From Armatimonadota bacterium (GTDB lineage: Bacteria > Armatimonadota > UBA10988), in assembly GCA_016235455.1 (NCBI GenBank), contig JACRKZ010000031.1, positions 67,556 through 131,555 on the forward strand: a stretch of DNA of 64,000 nucleotides, written 5' to 3'. The notes under the pieces are model-generated. The model ran no database searches and was not told the DNA's origin. It saw only the letters and a list, made by a program, of their open reading frames with translations. The position numbers and the translations under genes were made by a program. Positions 61,138 to 64,000 of the stretch are shown here, one piece after another. Each line of letters begins with the position of its first letter. Within the stretch, counting starts at the first letter, position 1.

Positions 61138-62582
61138 TGACCGTCCGTCTGTCCAACGGGACGTACATCCCGATCGAGATGCACAAAGTACGCATCGTCC
61201 AGAAGACGACGCTTCCGCCCGCGGCGCAGCGCCTGGCCGCCATCGAAGAGGCTGGCTACAACACCTTCCTGCTCAAGTCGCGGGACCTCTTCCTGGACAT
61301 GCTGACCGACAGCGGCACCAACGCCATGTCGGACAACCAGTTGGCAGCGATGATGGTGGCGGACGACGCCTACGCTGGTGGTGAGAGCTTCTACCGCCTG
61401 CAGTCGGCCACGCAGGACATCCTGGGCTTCAAGCACTGCATTCCGGTCCACCAGGGCCGCGCCGCCGAGCACCTGCTGGCCAAGATCTTCATCAAGCCCG
61501 GTGACGCGGTGGTCATGAACTACCACTTCACCACCACCAAGGCCCACTTCGAGATCGCCGGCGGCAAGGTGCTTGAGCTCTACGGCCCCGGCGCGCTCGA
61601 CACCGAGAGCACCAACCCGTTCAAGGGCAATCTCGACCTCGACCGCTTCCGCGCGGCCATCGACGAGTGGGGTGTCGAGCACATCCCGTTCGTGCGCATG
61701 GAGGCCACCACCAACCTGATCGGCGGCCAGCCGTTCAGCCTGGGCAACCTCAAGGACGTGCGCGCCATCGCCGCGCCGCTGGGCATTCCGGTCATCATGG
61801 ACTGCTCCCTGATCACCGAGAACGCGTACTTCATCAAGCGCCGCGAGGCCGAGTACAAGGACTGGACCATCGGCCAGATCATCTCCGAGATGATGGCCCA
61901 GTGCGACCTGATCTACCTCTCGGGCCGCAAGAGCACCTGCGTGCGCGGCGGCATGATCGCCACCAACAGCGACGACTACTACACCACGCTCAAGGGCTGG
62001 CTGCCGCTGTATGAGGGTTTCCTCACCTACGGCGGTATGTCCAGCAAGGAGCTGGAGGCCATGGCCGTCGGCATCCGCGAGATGGTCGACATCGACGTGG
62101 CCAGCAGTTCGGCCGACCTGATCGAGTATTTCGTCAACGAGATGACCAGCCGCGGCATCCCGGCGGTGACGCCTCCGGGCGGCCTGGCCGGCCATGTCGA
62201 CGCCATGAAGTTCCTGCCGCACCTGCCCCAGAGCGTGTATCCCGCCGGCTGCATGGCCGCCGCGGTCTACCTCGTCTCCGGCGTGCGCACCATGGAGCGC
62301 GGCACCATCTCGATGGACCGCGACGAGCAGGGCAACGACGTCTTCGCCGACATCGAGCTGTGCCGCTTCGCGGTGCCGCGACGCGTCTACTCCATGGCCC
62401 ACATGCAGTACGTGGCCGACCGCCTGTCATGGCTTATGGCCAACAAGGAACTGGTCGGCGGCCTGGAGTTCTATGAGGAGCCGCCCGTGTTGCGCTTCTT
62501 CACTGGCCGGCTCAACCCCATCAACAACTGGGGCGCCAAGCTGGTCGAGGCGTTCGCCGCGGAGTTCGGGCCGGACGCGTAA
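61138..62582 (+). CDS. tnaA: Tryptophanase / tyrosine phenol-lyase family (beta-eliminating lyase)
   Basis: MTVRLSNGTYIPIEMHKVRIVQ N-terminus, SGTNAMSDNQ, PLP-lysine region YLSGRKSTCVRGGMIAT; AGGAGA SD 6 nt before ATG 61138. Confidence 0.85.
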
Positions 62583-62604
62583 GCAGCGCCTGGTGTAGGT
62601 AGGA

Positions 62605-62642
62605 CGGCGCGGAAGGGATCAGCTTCTGGTCCCCTCCGCGCC
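62605..62642. terminator. Imperfect GC-rich hairpin shared by convergent tnaA and MFS genes
   Basis: cggcgcggaagggatcagcttctggtcccctccgcgccg; overlaps the MFS stop codon. Confidence 0.4.
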
Positions 62643-63674
62643 GTGTGCTTTGGGGGCCAGCGCCAGCGCCAGTGCGAGGCAGATGGCACAGGCGGCCTGG
62701 ACCAACACGGCCCAGTGTGCGCCCGACAGCGGACGCAAGGCGGGTGGGCCGCCGATGTAGACGAATAGCGTGGTCAGCCCGAAGGCCGCCGCCGGCCAGG
62801 CGGGCAGACGCTGGCCGATGGCGGCCAGGGTGACGCCGGTGGGTACCTGGGCCAGCGCCGCCGCGAGCAGGAGCGCCGCCGGACCAGCGTGGCTCAGCGG
62901 CACCAGCGCGGCGGTCAGACCGGCGGCCAGGACCATGGTCGGGCGCCAGCCCCAGCGGTCAGCCAGCCAGCCACCCAGGCACTTGGCCACAGCGGCGACG
63001 ACGTAGAGCTGGGCCAGCAGCCAGCCGTCGGTCCGCACGCTCGCGGCCAGGAAGCCGACCGTGGCGGGCCGGCACATCACGGCGGCGATCAGCAGCGCCA
63101 GCGACCACCGGCTCCAGCGTGTCGGCGAGATGGCCGATGGCACTGTCAGCCGGACGGGGGGCATGGCCAGGAGCGGCACGATGGCGGCCAGGCTGGCGAT
63201 GGCGAACCAGCGCTCGCACGGCGGCCAGACGCCGCGGCCGACGAGGAGCCCGACCAACACGCCCAGGTCGCCGGGACCCACGAACAGCCCCTGCGCCGTG
63301 GCCGACCGAGGCCAGTGGTGGAGTGCCATGGCGCCGGCACCGACATGGAACAGGGCGTTGCCCAGCGCGCACACGACCACGGCGCAAGTAGGTGCCTCGC
63401 GTAGCATGAACGCGCCGAGCGCAGCCAGCAGGCAGCCCAGCACGGCACTGCCGCGGCACGCGCGGAGCCGGTCGACCGTCCCGCCAAGCAGCGGCTGCGT
63501 CACGAAGGCCAGGGCGTTGTAGCCGGCGATGCAGGCCAGTGCCTGCGCGTAGGGGATGTCCTGACGTGCCGCGAGCGCGACGACCGCCGCCACGGTCGCG
63601 CTCTCCACGGCCAGGTGCCCCAGTCCCAGGAGCCCGGCCGCCGCCAGCGGCTCGGACTGCCGCGTGCCGCTCAT
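62619..63674 (-). CDS. MFS-type transporter
   Basis: About 352 aa with about 10-12 hydrophobic helices; start placed at MSGTRQ (63674), ATGA-overlapping the upstream gene. Confidence 0.6.
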   Translation of the reverse strand: MSGTRQSEPLAAAGLLGLGHLAVESATVAAVVALAARQDIPYAQALACIAGYNALAFVTQPLLGGTVDRLRACRGSAVLGCLLAALGAFMLREAPTCAVVVCALGNALFHVGAGAMALHHWPRSATAQGLFVGPGDLGVLVGLLVGRGVWPPCERWFAIASLAAIVPLLAMPPVRLTVPSAISPTRWSRWSLALLIAAVMCRPATVGFLAASVRTDGWLLAQLYVVAAVAKCLGGWLADRWGWRPTMVLAAGLTAALVPLSHAGPAALLLAAALAQVPTGVTLAAIGQRLPAWPAAAFGLTTLFVYIGGPPALRPLSGAHWAVLVQAACAICLALALALAPKAHGAEGTRS

Positions 63675-64000
63675 GCGCCGTACACCCATCTGCCCACCAG
63701 ATAGGAGGCCAGATTGGCGAGTACCACGGCGACCACGTCCTGGACCAGCCAGCGCCGTGGCCGTTGCGTGCCACGGTTGAAGGCGAGGTAGAACAACGCG
63801 CTCTCGGTCACAGCCACGGCCACCTCGCCGACCACCACGTAGCGGGTCCATGCGGTGTCAGGATCGATGAACACCGGCAGCACCATGACCAGCAGCGGGT
63901 AGGTGCAGGCCGTCAGCCACAGCCCAGCGGCGCAGCGCCGCCGCCAGCCGTGGGCCGGGGACAGAGTGGCCAGCAGGACCGGTGTCTCGACGACCACGCC
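63671..64000 (-). CDS. Partial (3' end) membrane protein, unknown function; continues beyond the window
   Basis: Hydrophobic helices (LLVMVLPVFI, VVAVVLANLASYLVGRWVY); stop overlaps the MFS start. Confidence 0.35.
   Translation of the reverse strand, partial: GVVVETPVLLATLSPAHGWRRRCAAGLWLTACTYPLLVMVLPVFIDPDTAWTRYVVVGEVAVAVTESALFYLAFNRGTQRPRRWLVQDVVAVVLANLASYLVGRWVYGA

Noticed and set aside
60921-62402. Upstream part of the 585-aa minus ORF antisense to tnaA
   Set aside because: Only the last 91 codons (60645-60920) lie outside tnaA and show coding-like features; the rest mirrors tnaA.

Overview
64 kb window of a very GC-rich (~70% by eye) bacterial chromosome with tightly packed genes, many coupled by ATGA overlaps. 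I found no transposase, integrase, CRISPR array, rRNA or recognisable tRNA. Because of the GC content, almost every real gene is shadowed by a long spurious antisense ORF in the six-frame track. I chose strands by recognisable protein families, signal peptides and GC3 skew.

Left to right:
- (1) A 5'-truncated, frameshifted heparinase II/III-like gene.
- (2) A cobalamin riboswitch in front of a nucleotide-loop/cobamide-remodeling operon: cobU, cobT, cobS and a CbiR-like TIM-barrel gene.
- (3) A LacI-associated divergon of carbohydrate-active genes: a GH36 alpha-galactosidase, an unknown secreted 610-aa protein, a DUF4838-like protein and a clan GH-A hydrolase with two tandem CBM-like domains. 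It has a near-consensus sigma70 promoter and a palindromic operator.
- (4) A TPR protein, an SRPBCC protein and a long palindromic terminator.
- (5) A six-gene, translationally coupled operon: DapL-like aminotransferase, small membrane protein, heptose-1-phosphate adenylyltransferase, GmhB phosphatase, GT9 heptosyltransferase and a secreted DUF1080 hydrolase-like protein.
- (6) A fused MFS/spermidine-synthase protein and a 969-aa DUF4091-like secreted protein.
- (7) A coupled block of a double-GNAT acetyltransferase, a PIG-L deacetylase and a secreted 572-aa hydrolase-like protein, then a 664-aa HEAT-repeat protein and FtsK.
- (8) A PL11 rhamnogalacturonan lyase (+CBM) and a GH95 alpha-L-fucosidase, convergent over a hairpin.
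- (9) A solitary patatin-like phospholipase with a multi-helix membrane insertion, flanked by hairpins.
- (10) Xylulokinase.
- (11) A 1080-aa multi-sensor membrane protein (GAF, PAS, no kinase) with an ATGA overlap onto a hybrid histidine kinase carrying two receiver domains.
- (12) A URO-D/MtaA-family gene in the gyrB-gyrA operon.
- (13) udk, then a promoter + mini-ORF + intrinsic terminator cassette immediately upstream of carB (attenuator or sRNA candidate).
- (14) A candidate small membrane-protein gene, tryptophanase, an MFS transporter and a partial membrane protein at the window edge.

The most system-like candidates for follow-up are the DUF1080-containing heptose operon, the GNAT/PIG-L/secreted-hydrolase block, the membrane-inserted patatin, the split sensor-kinase pair and the carB leader cassette.
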